Shown here piece by piece: positions 1 to 11,200 of a DNA stretch of 64,000 nt. The DNA comes from Eledone cirrhosa (Eukaryota): NCBI GenBank assembly GCA_964016885.1, contig OZ024742.1, forward strand, positions 332,692,001 through 332,756,000, read 5' to 3'. A program made the position numbers and the translations under genes. Below the pieces are notes generated by a model, which worked only from the letters and a program-made list of their open reading frames with translations, was not told the origin of the DNA and did not search any database. Position 1 is the first letter of the stretch, and the number at the start of each line of letters is the position of its first letter.

Positions 1-481
1 AGAACTCCTACTCATCTGAGAGAACATCTGATTAATTCATATTTTTAAAAATAATTAATTTTATCAAATTATAAAGATTTCAATTATAAGTTTATTTAAA
101 GGTATTCAAAATCTTTCCACCAACAATTATTCCCGTTATCTTAATTTACTCAAACAAAGAGTAAAATGTAAATGATAATAGATGATTATCTTCAGAATTT
201 CAAAACCCATAGGACATTTCTAAAATAATGATAAGGGGATAGGGAATGGTATAGATGTGACATAACATCATATATATTAATATATATATGATTAATAGAA
301 AACGTAGGAAATTTCAGTACCAATCTATCACTGTAAATAATGTGTGTTGCTATAACTAACTTAGCAAATGATGTAATGACAACATATATATGTGAAAAAT
401 TGGCCATCAGTCACTTTTTCATCTATAAGATGTCTTTACATGATTTTCTTAGACATATATATTAGCCAACTATAATTACAG

Positions 482-583
482 ATATTTTCTGCGTTTGAGT
501 TTTCCTATATTTGTATATATACATACCATTGTAATAAAACACAGTATCAAACAACATCAATTTTGTGATAGTTCATTTGTCTG
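482..583 (+). CDS. Weak candidate internal exon (102 nt, phase 2-2) of an unidentified gene
   Basis: TACAG acceptor (AG at 480-481) and strong donor CTG|GTAAGT (GT at 584-585). One frame is open (YFLRLSFPIFVYIHTIVIKHSIKQHQFCDSSFV); the other two have stops. No homology recognised and the polypyrimidine tract is poor. Confidence 0.2.
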
Positions 584-696
584 GTAAGTTGGAACGTGTG
601 ATTGTGCTTTAAAATATTTCTCCCTACGTCTCTGGAATAGTATTGATAAGACATATATATAGGCATATCATATATTTATATATACATAGGTGTGTG

Positions 697-895
697 CAGT
701 GGCGGACTGAGTCTAAAAATATTGGTTGCCAGGAGATGAAGGGGCCCACCTACATATAGAATGTTATCATTTAAATTTTCGAACAATACATAAGTGGAAA
801 CAAATCAGTGCAATCACATTTTTGCGGAGAAATATATTACCTTCTCCAATAAAAAGAGTATGTATATTGCGAAATCCAGAGACTTTCAATAATGA
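697..895 (+). mobile_element. Left end of a non-autonomous hAT-like DNA transposon (copy 1)
   Basis: Starts with CAGTGGCGGACTG (697-709), whose reverse complement matches 4294-4306 at 12/13. Subterminal GGGGCCC near 741. About 80% similar to 3161-3240 plus 3666-3787. The hAT call rests on the short CAG-starting TIR and GGGCCC subterminal motifs, not on a database hit. Confidence 0.65.
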
Positions 896-1191
896 CCAGA
901 AGTCGACCCTAAATATTACTAATAGCTCTAGGAAAACCAGTTTTTTCTATGGGTTGTAAAATAAAAAAACTGAAAGGATTTACAAGTACCTCTTGGCCAG
1001 GACTGAACCCAAAGCCAGGTTCTTCACCGTCTCTTGTACCTACCGCTAGGCCACAGAGAATACTACGTAAATGTTATGAAAATTCATACTTTGTAAACCT
1101 ACTTTAAACATTTTCAAACCAAAATGTTGTGGTGTCGTTCATGTCTTTCTTAATGTTATTGCTCCTACTTAAGGTCGACTTCTAAATCATT
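891..1191. mobile_element. Degenerate MITE-like element with imperfect terminal inverted repeats
   Basis: 898-935 (AGAAGTCGACCCTAAATATTACTAATAGCTCTAGGAAA) versus the reverse complement of 1146-1183 (AGAAGTCGACCTTAAGTAGGAGCAATAACATTAAGAAA): 28/38 identical, including an exact 11-mer. It begins where homology between the two hAT-like copies stops. Confidence 0.4.
963..1060 (-). ncRNA. tRNA-derived Pol III-type unit (SINE head or tRNA pseudogene)
   Basis: Minus strand: box A TGGCCTAGCGG (1053-1043), box B-like GGGTTCAGTCC (1010-1000) 32 nt downstream, then a T7 run (969-963) as a possible Pol III terminator. Cloverleaf stems are degenerate, so it is not called a functional tRNA. Confidence 0.5.
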
Positions 1192-1283
1192 TGGGTGTTC
1201 CATAAATTACATCCTCGTTTTGTTTCTCATCGATCTAGACTACATTTTAACCTGTAATTCATGTTTCATTTATGTTGCACCTC

Positions 1284-1286
<3 letters not shown>

Positions 1287-1358
<72 letters not shown>
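1287..1358. repeat. (TC)36 microsatellite, with a short imperfect TC extension to about 1379
   Basis: Read directly from the sequence. Confidence 0.97.
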
Positions 1359-1361
<3 letters not shown>

Positions 1362-1448
1362 CTCTCTCTCTCTCGCTCTTTATGATATTTGAATCTATTA
1401 TGATTTTGGCTTACCTTATACCTATATATATGTTTTTGCATGTCCGTT

Positions 1449-1557
1449 AGATTCAAACTTAGGTTAACTTTGCCTTTCATCCCTACGGGATCGATAAAAT
1501 AAAGTACCAGTAAGGCACTGGAAAATTGCTGGTCTTGTGCCAAACGTAGAAACAATT
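1449..1557 (+). mobile_element. 5'-truncated copy of the tRNA-derived SINE
   Basis: GGTTAACTTTGCCTTTCATCCCTACGGGATCGATAAAATAAAGTACCAG...AATTGCTGGTCTTGTGCCAAACGTAGAAACAATTAT aligns with the reverse complement of the 3' halves of 3251-3444 and 3455-3647. Box B remnant GATTCAAAC; runs into a TA tract. Confidence 0.8.
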
Positions 1558-1593
1558 ATATATATATATATATACTTATATATATATATATAT
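1557..1593. repeat. Interrupted (TA)n microsatellite at the SINE 3' end
   Basis: Read directly from the sequence. Confidence 0.9.
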
Positions 1594-1791
1594 TATTCAA
1601 AATGTTAACAAATGAAAAATATTCTCATAATCAAAATATATATTTTATTATACATATTTCAAAGTACTATGGTGTTTAAGTACGCTTTCATCGGACAGAC
1701 AAAATATATGATTTGATATGTGACATACCGCTACGGTTTTGATTATTCAGTATTGGCAGATGATACCATACTAATCTTTCGTTATACACTG

Positions 1792-1795
<4 letters not shown>

Positions 1796-1854
<59 letters not shown>
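1796..1854. repeat. (TA)~29 microsatellite
   Basis: Read directly from the sequence. Confidence 0.97.
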
Positions 1855-1857
<3 letters not shown>

Positions 1858-1940
1858 GGAGGTGAGTTTTATTGAAGTACAATAAAGCAATGCAGATATA
1901 GGATAAGAAGCACTCTACAGTTTGTGGGACTGGAGTATGC

Positions 1941-2284
1941 ATAATATAAGATCAAAAGATGGTTAAAGGAGTTCCATATATTTTATTATGCGCATTTCAA
2001 AAACAAACATCATCAAGCAATAATATTTGTGTTTTCATCAGATAAAACAGGAGAACATGATATGAAGGCTAAAAAACACTTGTGGATAGTGCAGTTTTAA
2101 ATCAACATATCATGATATGTTGATTTAAAACTGCACTATCCACAAGTGTTTTTTAGCCTTCATATCATGTTCTCCTGTTTTATCTGATGAAAACACAAAT
2201 ATTATTGCTTGATGATGTTTGTTTTTGAAATGCGCATAATAAAATATATGGAACTCCTTTAACCATCTTTTGATCTTATATTAT
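1941..2284. repeat. Perfect 344-bp palindrome (172-bp arms, no spacer), possibly MITE-derived
   Basis: 1941-2112 is the exact reverse complement of 2113-2284 (checked base by base). Centre is ATATCA|TGATAT; pairing fails at 1940/2285. Confidence 0.97.
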
Positions 2285-2299
2285 ATAAATATATATATA

Positions 2300-2340
<41 letters not shown>
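2282..2340. repeat. Interrupted (TA)n microsatellite between the palindrome and the next fold-back
   Basis: Read directly from the sequence. Confidence 0.95.
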
Positions 2341-2341
<1 letters not shown>

Positions 2342-2344
<3 letters not shown>

Positions 2345-2633
2345 TAGTAAAAGGAAAATAAAATTCTGACAAATGTTTCCCAGTGAAAAATAGTTTAATT
2401 AGGAATAAGCATAAATTAGTAATAAGTATTGGTTAGTATTCAGATTAGAGCAAACATCACGAGCGCTCTGTCTCAAAATTATTTTTGAAAAGCATTAGAA
2501 ATGCGCAACCGGTAAAAACTTAAAACTAAAATTGAATGCTAACCAATACTTATTACTAATTTATATTTATTCCTAATTAAAGTATTTATCACTGGGAAAA
2601 ATTTATCGGCATAATCTTTTCCTTTTTCTAATA
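2342..2633. mobile_element. MITE / fold-back element: 101-bp imperfect TIRs with a 90-bp spacer
   Basis: 2342-2442 versus the reverse complement of 2533-2633 align without gaps with 13 mismatches (87%). Both ends are in TA context, compatible with (not proof of) a Tc1/mariner-type TA target. Confidence 0.75.
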
Positions 2634-2655
2634 TATCACAAGTCGTGTGTTACAC

Positions 2656-2759
<104 letters not shown>

Positions 2760-2783
2760 TAAAATAACAGATTAAAGTTTAAG

Positions 2784-2941
2784 CAAAGAATCGCTGCTTT
2801 CACCCTTAACGGGATCTTCTGAAACAAAGAAAAATGAATCTGTGAACGCAGAAGTAAATATTTCAAAAAACGTTGCAACCGAAGGAAGACAGGAAGACGA
2901 TACTTTGGTTCGTGGAAACGTTCCCTTCACAAAACATACAG
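2784..2941 (+). CDS. Candidate internal exon encoding a hydrophilic, disordered-looking peptide
   Basis: The frame 2776-2941 is open (SLSKESLLSPLTGSSETKKNESVNAEVNISKNVATEGRQEDDTLVRGNVPFTKHT), purine/GAA-rich and less AT-rich than its flanks, with donor CAG|GTAATA at 2941/2942. Acceptor uncertain: AG at 2776-2777 or 2782-2783; the CAG at 2768-2770 would bring in an in-frame TAA. Confidence 0.35.
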
Positions 2942-3250
2942 GTAATATATACTTACCTATACGGATAAGTAATGGTATTAACATAACATATACTTAGCTA
3001 CCACATCAAGGCGTAAAATATACGCGTATAGTTCGTACTATCTGTTAGGGTATAATATTTGCTCTACGGTTCTTATATATCCGATATATATTTATCCTTA
3101 TCGAGCCCTCTTTGGATTTTAGTGTTCAAATTTATTATTATTACTATATATATATATATACAGTGCCTGACTAGGTCTGAAAATATTGGTGGCGAGAAGA
3201 AGGGGCCCAGCTACTTATAGAATGCTATCATTTAATTTTTATAATGAATA

Positions 3251-3444
3251 AATAATTGTTTCTACTTTTGGCACAAAGCCAGCAATTACCCAGAGCATTA
3301 CTGGGGCTTTATTATATCGACCCCGTAAGGATGAAAGACAAAGTTAACCTCGGCGGGATTTGAATTCAGAATGGCAAAGGCCGTAACTTTATGCCTCAAA
3401 GCATGGCATCCAACCCCCTACCGATACTGCCAATCCATCGCTCC
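3251..3444 (-). mobile_element. tRNA-derived SINE, full-length copy A
   Basis: Minus strand: box A-like TGGCAGTATCGG (3432-3421), box B-like GAATTCAAATCCC (3367-3355), central CTTTCATCCTTACGGGGTCGAT block, AT-rich tail. About 89% identical to copy B. From memory the central block resembles SINEs of octopus and other invertebrates; not verified by search. Confidence 0.8.
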
Positions 3445-3454
3445 TTATATAAGA

Positions 3455-3647
3455 AATAATTGATTCTACCTTTGGCACAAGGCCAGCAATTAACCAGTGT
3501 ATTACTGGTACTTTATTTTATCGACCTCATAAGGATGAAAGGAAAAGTTAACATCGGCAGGATTTAAATTCAGAATGGCAAGGGCCGTAACTTTATGCCT
3601 CAAAGCATGGCATCCGACCCTCTACCGATACTGCCAATCCACCGCCC
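3455..3647 (-). mobile_element. tRNA-derived SINE, full-length copy B (tandem with copy A)
   Basis: Minus strand starts GGGCGGTGGATTGGCAGTATCGGTAG (box A 3636-3625), then box B-like GAATTTAAATCC, core CCTTTCATCCTTATGAGGTCGATAAAATAAAGTACCAG and tail GGCCTTGTGCCAAAGGTAGAATCAATTATT. Offset from copy A is about 204 bp. Confidence 0.8.
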
Positions 3648-3876
3648 TAATAATGTATAAATAATATTTTCAAAAAATACACAAGTGGGAACAATACAGT
3701 GCAATAATATTTTTACGCAAAAATATCCTACCTTCTCCAATAAAAAAAATTATGTTTCTTGCGAAATCCAGAGACTTTCAATAATGAGCTTTGGTCTTTC
3801 ACACTCACTCAGCGACTTCCTGAGTATTTCTCCCGAATGAAACAGTTCTAGTCCTGTAGAAGACATTTTATATTAA

Positions 3877-3888
3877 ATATATATACAT

Positions 3889-3937
<49 letters not shown>

Positions 3938-3986
3938 TATATATATGTGTGTGTGTGTGTGTGGATGTGTTTATATATATATATAT
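3877..3986. repeat. Compound microsatellite (TA)-(CA)-(TA)-(TG)-(TA)
   Basis: Read directly from the sequence. Confidence 0.92.
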
Positions 3987-4396
3987 GTTTGTGTGTCTGC
4001 GTCTATATATGTTTGCATGGATGTACAACCACTGATTCTAGCTTCATGCAACATCGTATATGTTGGTTTATAGGAATTCCCTGATGAATTCGTTATCCAA
4101 ATGCTTTGCTTAATTAATTAATTAATTTTTTTAAAAAGTTTATACTTTCTCTTAGATTTCAGGTATTTTTGGCAAAGTAGTGCATTGGCCCCTAAAATAC
4201 TAGAGTGAGCCCTACTATGCTACTATGGGCTCGGGGAATGCTACCGTGAGTCCCCTGGGCCCAACTTCCCATTGAGCAACCTAGGTACCTGGACAGTCCA
4301 CCACTGCGTACGTGTTGGAGTGTATATGTGTGTGATGCTTGGAGTTCGTTACTACCACGACTCTCTCTTATCACCACTGTTATCACAACAATTCTC

Positions 4397-7300
4397 TCTT
4401 ATCACCACTGTTACTACCACGATTCTCTATTATCACCACTGTTATCACAACAACTCTCTCTTATCACCACTGTTACTACCACGACTCTCTTATCACCACT
4501 GTTACTACCACGATTGTCATTTATCACCACTGTTACTAACACGATTCTCTCTTATCACCACTGTTACAACAACAACTCTCTTTATCACAGCTGTTACTAC
4601 CACGACTCTCTCTTATCACCACTGTTACTACCACGACTCTCTCTTATAACCACAGTTACTACCACGACTCTCTCTTATCACCACTGTTATCACAACAACT
4701 CACTTTATAACCATTGTTATCACAACAATTCTCTCTAATCACCACTGTTACTAGTACGACTCTCTCCTATCACCACTGTTATCACAACAACTCTCTCTTA
4801 CCACCACTGTTATCACAACAACTCTCTCTTATCACCACTATTACTACCATGACTGTCTCTTATCAGCAATGTTATCACAACAGCTATCTCCTATCACCAC
4901 TGTTTTCACAACAACTCTCTCTTATCACCAGTGTTACTACCACGGCCCTCTCGTATATCCACTGTTATCACAACAACTCTCTCTTATCACCACTGTTACC
5001 ACAACAACTCTCTCTTATCATCACTGTTACCACAACAACTCTCACCTATCACCACTGTTAATAACACGACTCTCTATTATCACCACTGTTACTACCACGA
5101 CACTCACTTATCACCACTGTTACTACCACGACTCTCTCTTATCACAACCGTTACTACCACGACTCTCTCTTATCACCACTGTTACTACCACGACTCTCTA
5201 TTATCACCAATTTTAACACAACAACTCTCTCTTAAAACCACTATTACTACCACGACGCTCTCGTATCACCACTGTTATCCCAACAACTGGCTCTTTTCAC
5301 CACTGTTATCACAACAGCTATGTCTTATCACCACTGTTATCACAACAACTCTCTCTTATCACCACTGATATCACAACAGCTCCCTCTTATCACCACTGTT
5401 ACTACCACGACTCTCTCTTATCACCACTCTTACTAACACGACTCTCTCTTATCTATACTGTTACTACCACAACTCTCTCTTATCACCACTGTTACTACCA
5501 CGACTCTCTCTTATGACCACTGTTATCACAACAACTCACTCTTATCACCACTGTTAATACCACGTCTCTCTCTTAGCACCACTGTTATTACCACGAATCT
5601 CTCTTATCACCACCATTACTAACACGACTCTCTCTTAGCACCATTGTTAGTAGCACAACTCACTCGTATCACCACTGTTATCATAACAAGTCTCTCTTAT
5701 CACCACTTTTATCACAACAGCTCTCTGTTATCACCACTGTTACTACCACGACTCTCTCCTATCACCACAGTTACTAGCACGGCTCTCTCTTATCATCACT
5801 GTTATCACAACAACTCTCTCTTATCACCACTGTTACTAGCATAATTCTCTCTTATTACCTCTGTTATCACAACAACTCTCTCTCATCACCACTGTTACTA
5901 CCGCGACTCTCTCTTATCACCACTGTTATCACAACAACTCTCTCTTATCACCGCTGTTACTACCACGGCTCTCTCATATCTTCACTGTATCTTAACAACT
6001 CTCTCTTATCACCACTGTTACTACCACAACTGTCTCTTATCACCACTGTTACTACCATCTTTCTCTCTTAACAACACAGTTATCACAACAACTCTCTCTT
6101 ATCACAACTATTACTACCACCACTCTCTCTTATCTACACTGTTACTACCACGGCTCTCTCTTATCACCACTGTAATGACAACAACTCTCTCATATCACTA
6201 CTGTTACTACCACGACTCTCTCTGATTACCACTGTTACTCCCATGACTCTCTCTTATCAACACTGTTAACACAACAACTCTCTCTTATCACCACTGTTAC
6301 TCCCACGCCTCTTTCTTATCACCACTGTTACTACCACGATTCTCTATTATCACCACTGTTATCACAACAACTCTCTCTTATCACCACTGTTACTACCACG
6401 ACTCTCTTATCACCACTGTTACTACCACGATTGTCATTTATCACCACTGTTACTAACACGATTCTCTCTTATCACCACTGTTACAACAACAACTCTCTTT
6501 ATCACAGCTGTTACTACCACGACTCTCTCTTATCACCACTGTTACTACCACGACTCTCTCTTATAACCACAGTTACTACCACGACTCTCTCTTATCACCA
6601 CTGTTATCACAACAACTCACTTTATAACCATTGTTATCACAACAATTCTCTCTAATCACCACTGTTACTAGTACGACTCTCTCCTATCACCACTGTTATC
6701 ACAACAACTCTCTCTTACCACCACTGTTATCACAACAACTCTCTCTTATCACCACTATTACTACCATGACTGTCTCTTATCAGCAATGTTATCAGAACAG
6801 CTATCTCCTATCACCACTGTTTTCACAACAACTCTCTCTTATCACCAGTGTTACTACCACGGCCCTCTCGTATATCCACTGTTATCACAACAACTCTCTC
6901 TTATCACCACTGTTACCACAACAACTCTCTCTTATCATCACTGTTACCACAACAACTCTCACCTATAACCACTGTTAATAACACGACTCTCTATTATCAC
7001 CACTGTTGCTACCACGACTCTCTCTTATCACAACCGTTACTACCACGACTCTCACTTATCACCACTGTTACTACCACGACTCTCTATTATCACCAATTTT
7101 AACACAACAACTCTCTCTTATAACCACTATTACTACCACGACGCTCTCGTATCACCACTGTTATCCCAACAACTGGCTCTTTTCACCACTGTTATCACAA
7201 CAGCTATGTCTTATCACCACTGTTATCACAATAACTCTCTCTTATCACCACTGATATCACAACAGCTCCCTCTTATCACCACTGTTACTACCACGACTCT

Positions 7301-8224
7301 CTCTTATCACCACTGTTACTAACACGACTCTCTCTTATCTATACTGTTACTACCACAACTCTCTCTTATCACCACTGTTACTACCACGACTCTCTCTTAT
7401 GACCACTGTTATCACAACAACTCAATCTTATCACCACTGTTAATACCACGTCTCTCTCTTAGCACCACTGTTATTACCACGAATCTCTCTTATCACCACT
7501 ATTACTAACACGACTCTCTCTTAGCACCATTGTTAGTACCACAACTCACTCGTATCACCACTGTTATCATAACAAGTCTCTCTTATCACCACTTTTATCA
7601 CAACAACTCTCTGTTATCACCACTGTTACTACCACGACTCTCTCCTATCACCACAGTTACTAGCACGGCTCTCTCTTATCATCACTGTTATCACAACAAC
7701 TCTCTCTTATCACCACTGTTACTAGCATAATTCTCTCTTATTACCTCTGTTATCACAACAACTCTCTCTCATCACCACTGTTACTACCGCGACTCTCTCT
7801 TATCACCACTGTTATCACAACAACTCTCTCTTATCACCGCTGTTACTACCACGGCTCTCTCATATCTTCACTGTATCTTAACAACTCTCTCTTATCACCA
7901 CTGTTACTACCACAACTGTCTCTTATCACCACTGTTACTACCATCTTTCTCTCTTAACAACACAGTTATCACAACAACTCTCTCTTATCACAACTATTAC
8001 TACCACCACTCTCTCTTATCTACACTGTTACTACCACGGCTCTCTCTTATCACCACTGTAAATACAACAACTCTCTCATATCACTACTGTTACTACCACG
8101 ACTCTCTCTGATTACCACTGTTACTCCCATGACTCTCTCTTATCACCACTGTTAACACAACAACTCTCTCTTATCACCACTGTTACTCCCACGACTCTTT
8201 CTTATCACCACTGTTACTACCACG
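4397..8224 (+). repeat. Tandem duplication of a ~1.9-kb satellite block (4397-6313 / 6314-8224)
   Basis: Rare variants recur (GATTGTCATTTATC, GGCCCTCTCGTATATCC, AACTGGCTCTTTTC). ORF offsets are 4714->6631 (1917) and 5644->7530 (1886, i.e. one monomer lost). Confidence 0.92.
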
Positions 8225-11200
8225 GCTCTCTCTTATCACCACTGTTATCACAACAACTCTCTCTTATCACCACTGTTACTATTACGACTCTCTCTTATCA
8301 CCATTGTTACTACCATGTCTCTCTCTTATCAACAGAGTTATCACAACAACTCTCTGTTATTACCACTGTTACTACCACCACTCTCTCTTATCACCACTGT
8401 TACTACCACGATTCTCTCTTATCACCACTGTTACTAACACGACTCTCCCGTATCACCACGACTCTCTTTTATCACCACTGTTATCAGAACAACTCTCTCT
8501 TATCAGCACTGTTACTACCACGACTCTCTCTTATCACCACCATTAACACAACAACTCTCTCTTATCCCCACTGTTACTACCACGACTCTGTCTTATCACC
8601 ACTGTTACTATTACAACTCTCTCTTATCACCACTGTTGCTAACACGACTCTCCCTTATCACGACTGTTACTAACATGACTCTATTATCACCCCTGTTTTC
8701 ACAACAACTCTCTCTTATGACCACTGTTTCTACTCCGTCTCTCTCTTATCACCACTGTTTTCAAAAGAACTCGTTCTTTTTGCCACTGTTACCACAACAA
8801 CTCTCTCTTATCGCCACTGTTATGACAACAACTCACTCTTATCACCACTGTTATAACCACGTATATCTCTTATCACCACTCTTACTACCACGACTCTCTT
8901 TTATCACCATTGTTACTACCACGACTCTCTCTTGTCACCACTGTTACTACCACGACTCTCTCTTATAACCACTGGTACTAACACGACTCTCTCTTATCAC
9001 CACTGTTTATACCACGTCTCTCTCTTATCACCACTGTTATAACCACGAATCTCTCGTATCCCCACTCTTACTACCACGACTCTCTCTTATCGCCATTGTT
9101 ACTACCACGACTCTCTCTTATCACCACTGTTATTACAACGTCTCTCTCTTATCACCACTGTTATCACAACAACTCTCCATTATCACCATTGTTATCACAA
9201 CAACTCTCTCTTATCACCACTGTTACTACCACGACTCTGTCTTATCACCACTGTTACTATTACAACTCTCTCTTATCACCACTGTTGCTAACACGACTCT
9301 CCCTTATCACGACTGTTACTAACATGACTCTATTATCACCCCTGTTTTCACAACAACTCTCTCTTATGACCACTGTTTCTACTCCGTCTCTCTCTTATCA
9401 CCACTGTTTTCAAAAGAACTCGTTCTTTTTGCCACTGTTACCACAACAACTCTCTCTTATCGCCACTGTTATGACAACAACTCACTCTTATCACCACTGT
9501 TATAACCACGTATATCTCTTATCACCACTCTTACTACCACGACTCTCTTTTATCACCATTGTTATTACCACGACTCTCTCTTATCACCACTGTTACTACC
9601 ACGACTCTCTCTTATAACCACTGGTACTAACACGACTCTCTCTTATCACCACTGTTTATACCACGTCTCTCTCTTATCACCACTGTTATAACCACGAATC
9701 TCTCGTATCCCCACTCTTACTACCACGACTCTCTCTTATCGCCATTGTTACTACCACGACTCTCTCTTATCACCACTGTCATTACAACGTCTCTCTCTTA
9801 TCACCACTGTTATCACAACAACTCTCCATTATCACCATTGTTATCACAACAACTCTCTCTTATCACCACTGTTACTACCGCGACTCTCTTATATCACCAC
9901 TTTTACTACCATGGCTCTCTCATATCACCACTGTATCATAACAACTCTCTCTTATCACCACTGTTACTACCACAACTCTCTCTTATCACCAACTTTATCA
10001 CAACGACTCTCTCTTATCGCCAATGTTACTCCCATGACTCTCTCTTATCACAACTGTTACAACAACAACTCTCTCTTACCACAACTGTTACTCCCACGCC
10101 TCTCTCTTATCACCACTGTTATCACAACAACTCTCTCTTATCACCGCTGTTAATAATATGACTCTCTCCTATTACCACTGATATCACAACAACTCTCTCT
10201 TAACACCACTGTTACTAAGACGACTCTCCCTTATCACCACTGTTACTACCACGACTCTCTCTTATCACCACTGTTATCGCAACAACTCTCTCTTATCACC
10301 ACTGTTATCAGAGCAACTCTTTCTAATCAGCACTGTTACTACAACGACTCTCTCTAATCACCACTGTTACTACCACGACTCTCTCTTATCACCACTGTTA
10401 CTAACACGACTCTCCCTTATCACTATTCTTACTACCACGACTATCTCTTATCACCACTGTTATCACAACAACTCTCTCTAATCACCACTGTTTCTACCAA
10501 TACTTTCTCTTACCACCACTGTTACTCCCATGCATCTCTCTTATCACCACTCTTACTACCACGAATCTCTCTTATCACCACTGTTATCACAACAACACTC
10601 TCTTATCACCACTGTTACTATTACGATCCTCTCATATCACCACTGTTACTAACGCGATTCTCCCTTATCACCACTGTTGCTACCACGACTCTCTCTTATC
10701 ACCACTGTTATCACAACAACTCCCTCCTATGACCATTGTTACTACCACGACTCTCTCTTATCACCACTGTTACTACCACGACTCTCTCTTATCTCCACTA
10801 TTACCACCACGACTCTCTCTTATCACCACTGTTACTACCACGAATCTCTCTTATCACCATTGTTATCACAACAATACTCTCTTATCACCACTGTTATCAC
10901 AACAAACTTCTCTTATCACCACTTTTACTAACGCGACTCTCTCTTATCACCACTGTTATCACAACAACCCTCTCTTATCACCACTGTTACTACCACGACT
11001 CTCTCTTATCACCACTGTTACTACCACGACTCTCTCTTATCACCACTGTTATCACAACAACTCTCACTTATCACCACTGTTACTACTACGACTCTCTCCT
11101 ATGAACACTGTTATCACTACATCTCTCTCTTTTCACCAACGTTTCCACACCAACTCTCTCCCATCACCACTGTTACTAACATGACTCTCTCTTATCACGA

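Larger units (their letters stand above)
3161..4306 (+). mobile_element. Non-autonomous hAT-like element (copy 2) with both ends, carrying a nested SINE dimer and a compound microsatellite
   Basis: Degenerate left TIR CAGTGCCTGACTA at 3161; homology to 697-895 at 3161-3240 and 3666-3787; GC-richer right subterminal region (about 4185-4293) with GGCCCC/GAGCCC/GGGCTC/GGGCCC motifs; right TIR CAGTCCACCACTG at 4294-4306. No clear 8-bp TSD (TATATATA versus CGTACGTG). Confidence 0.6.

Noticed and set aside
192-959. ORFs 192-407 (-) and 726-959 (+)
   Set aside because: Short, with no recognisable domain; 726-959 lies in transposon subterminal sequence and its frame is not preserved in the paralogue at 3161-3787.
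963-1060. Functional tRNA gene on the minus strand
   Set aside because: Acceptor, anticodon and T stems do not pair convincingly and box B has a deletion; kept only as a tRNA-derived element.
1220-1942. ORFs 1220-1450 (+), 1358-1555 (-) and 1688-1942 (-)
   Set aside because: They are open only because they run through (TC)n or (TA)n microsatellites and a SINE fragment (SLSL, ERER and IYIY repeats).
2772-2984. Minus-strand 70-aa ORF
   Set aside because: More likely the antisense shadow of the + strand open frame, which has the splice donor and more protein-like composition; otherwise chance.
4156-4208. Terminal exon after TTTCTCTTAG / TTTCAG acceptors
   Set aside because: The acceptors look good, but the sequence lies inside the right end of the hAT-like element and both frames stop within 17 codons; mentioned only as a possible cryptic exon.
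4360-4400. TATCACC similarity to phage lambda operator half-sites
   Set aside because: Only a 7-bp match with no dyad symmetry and no phage context; coincidental.
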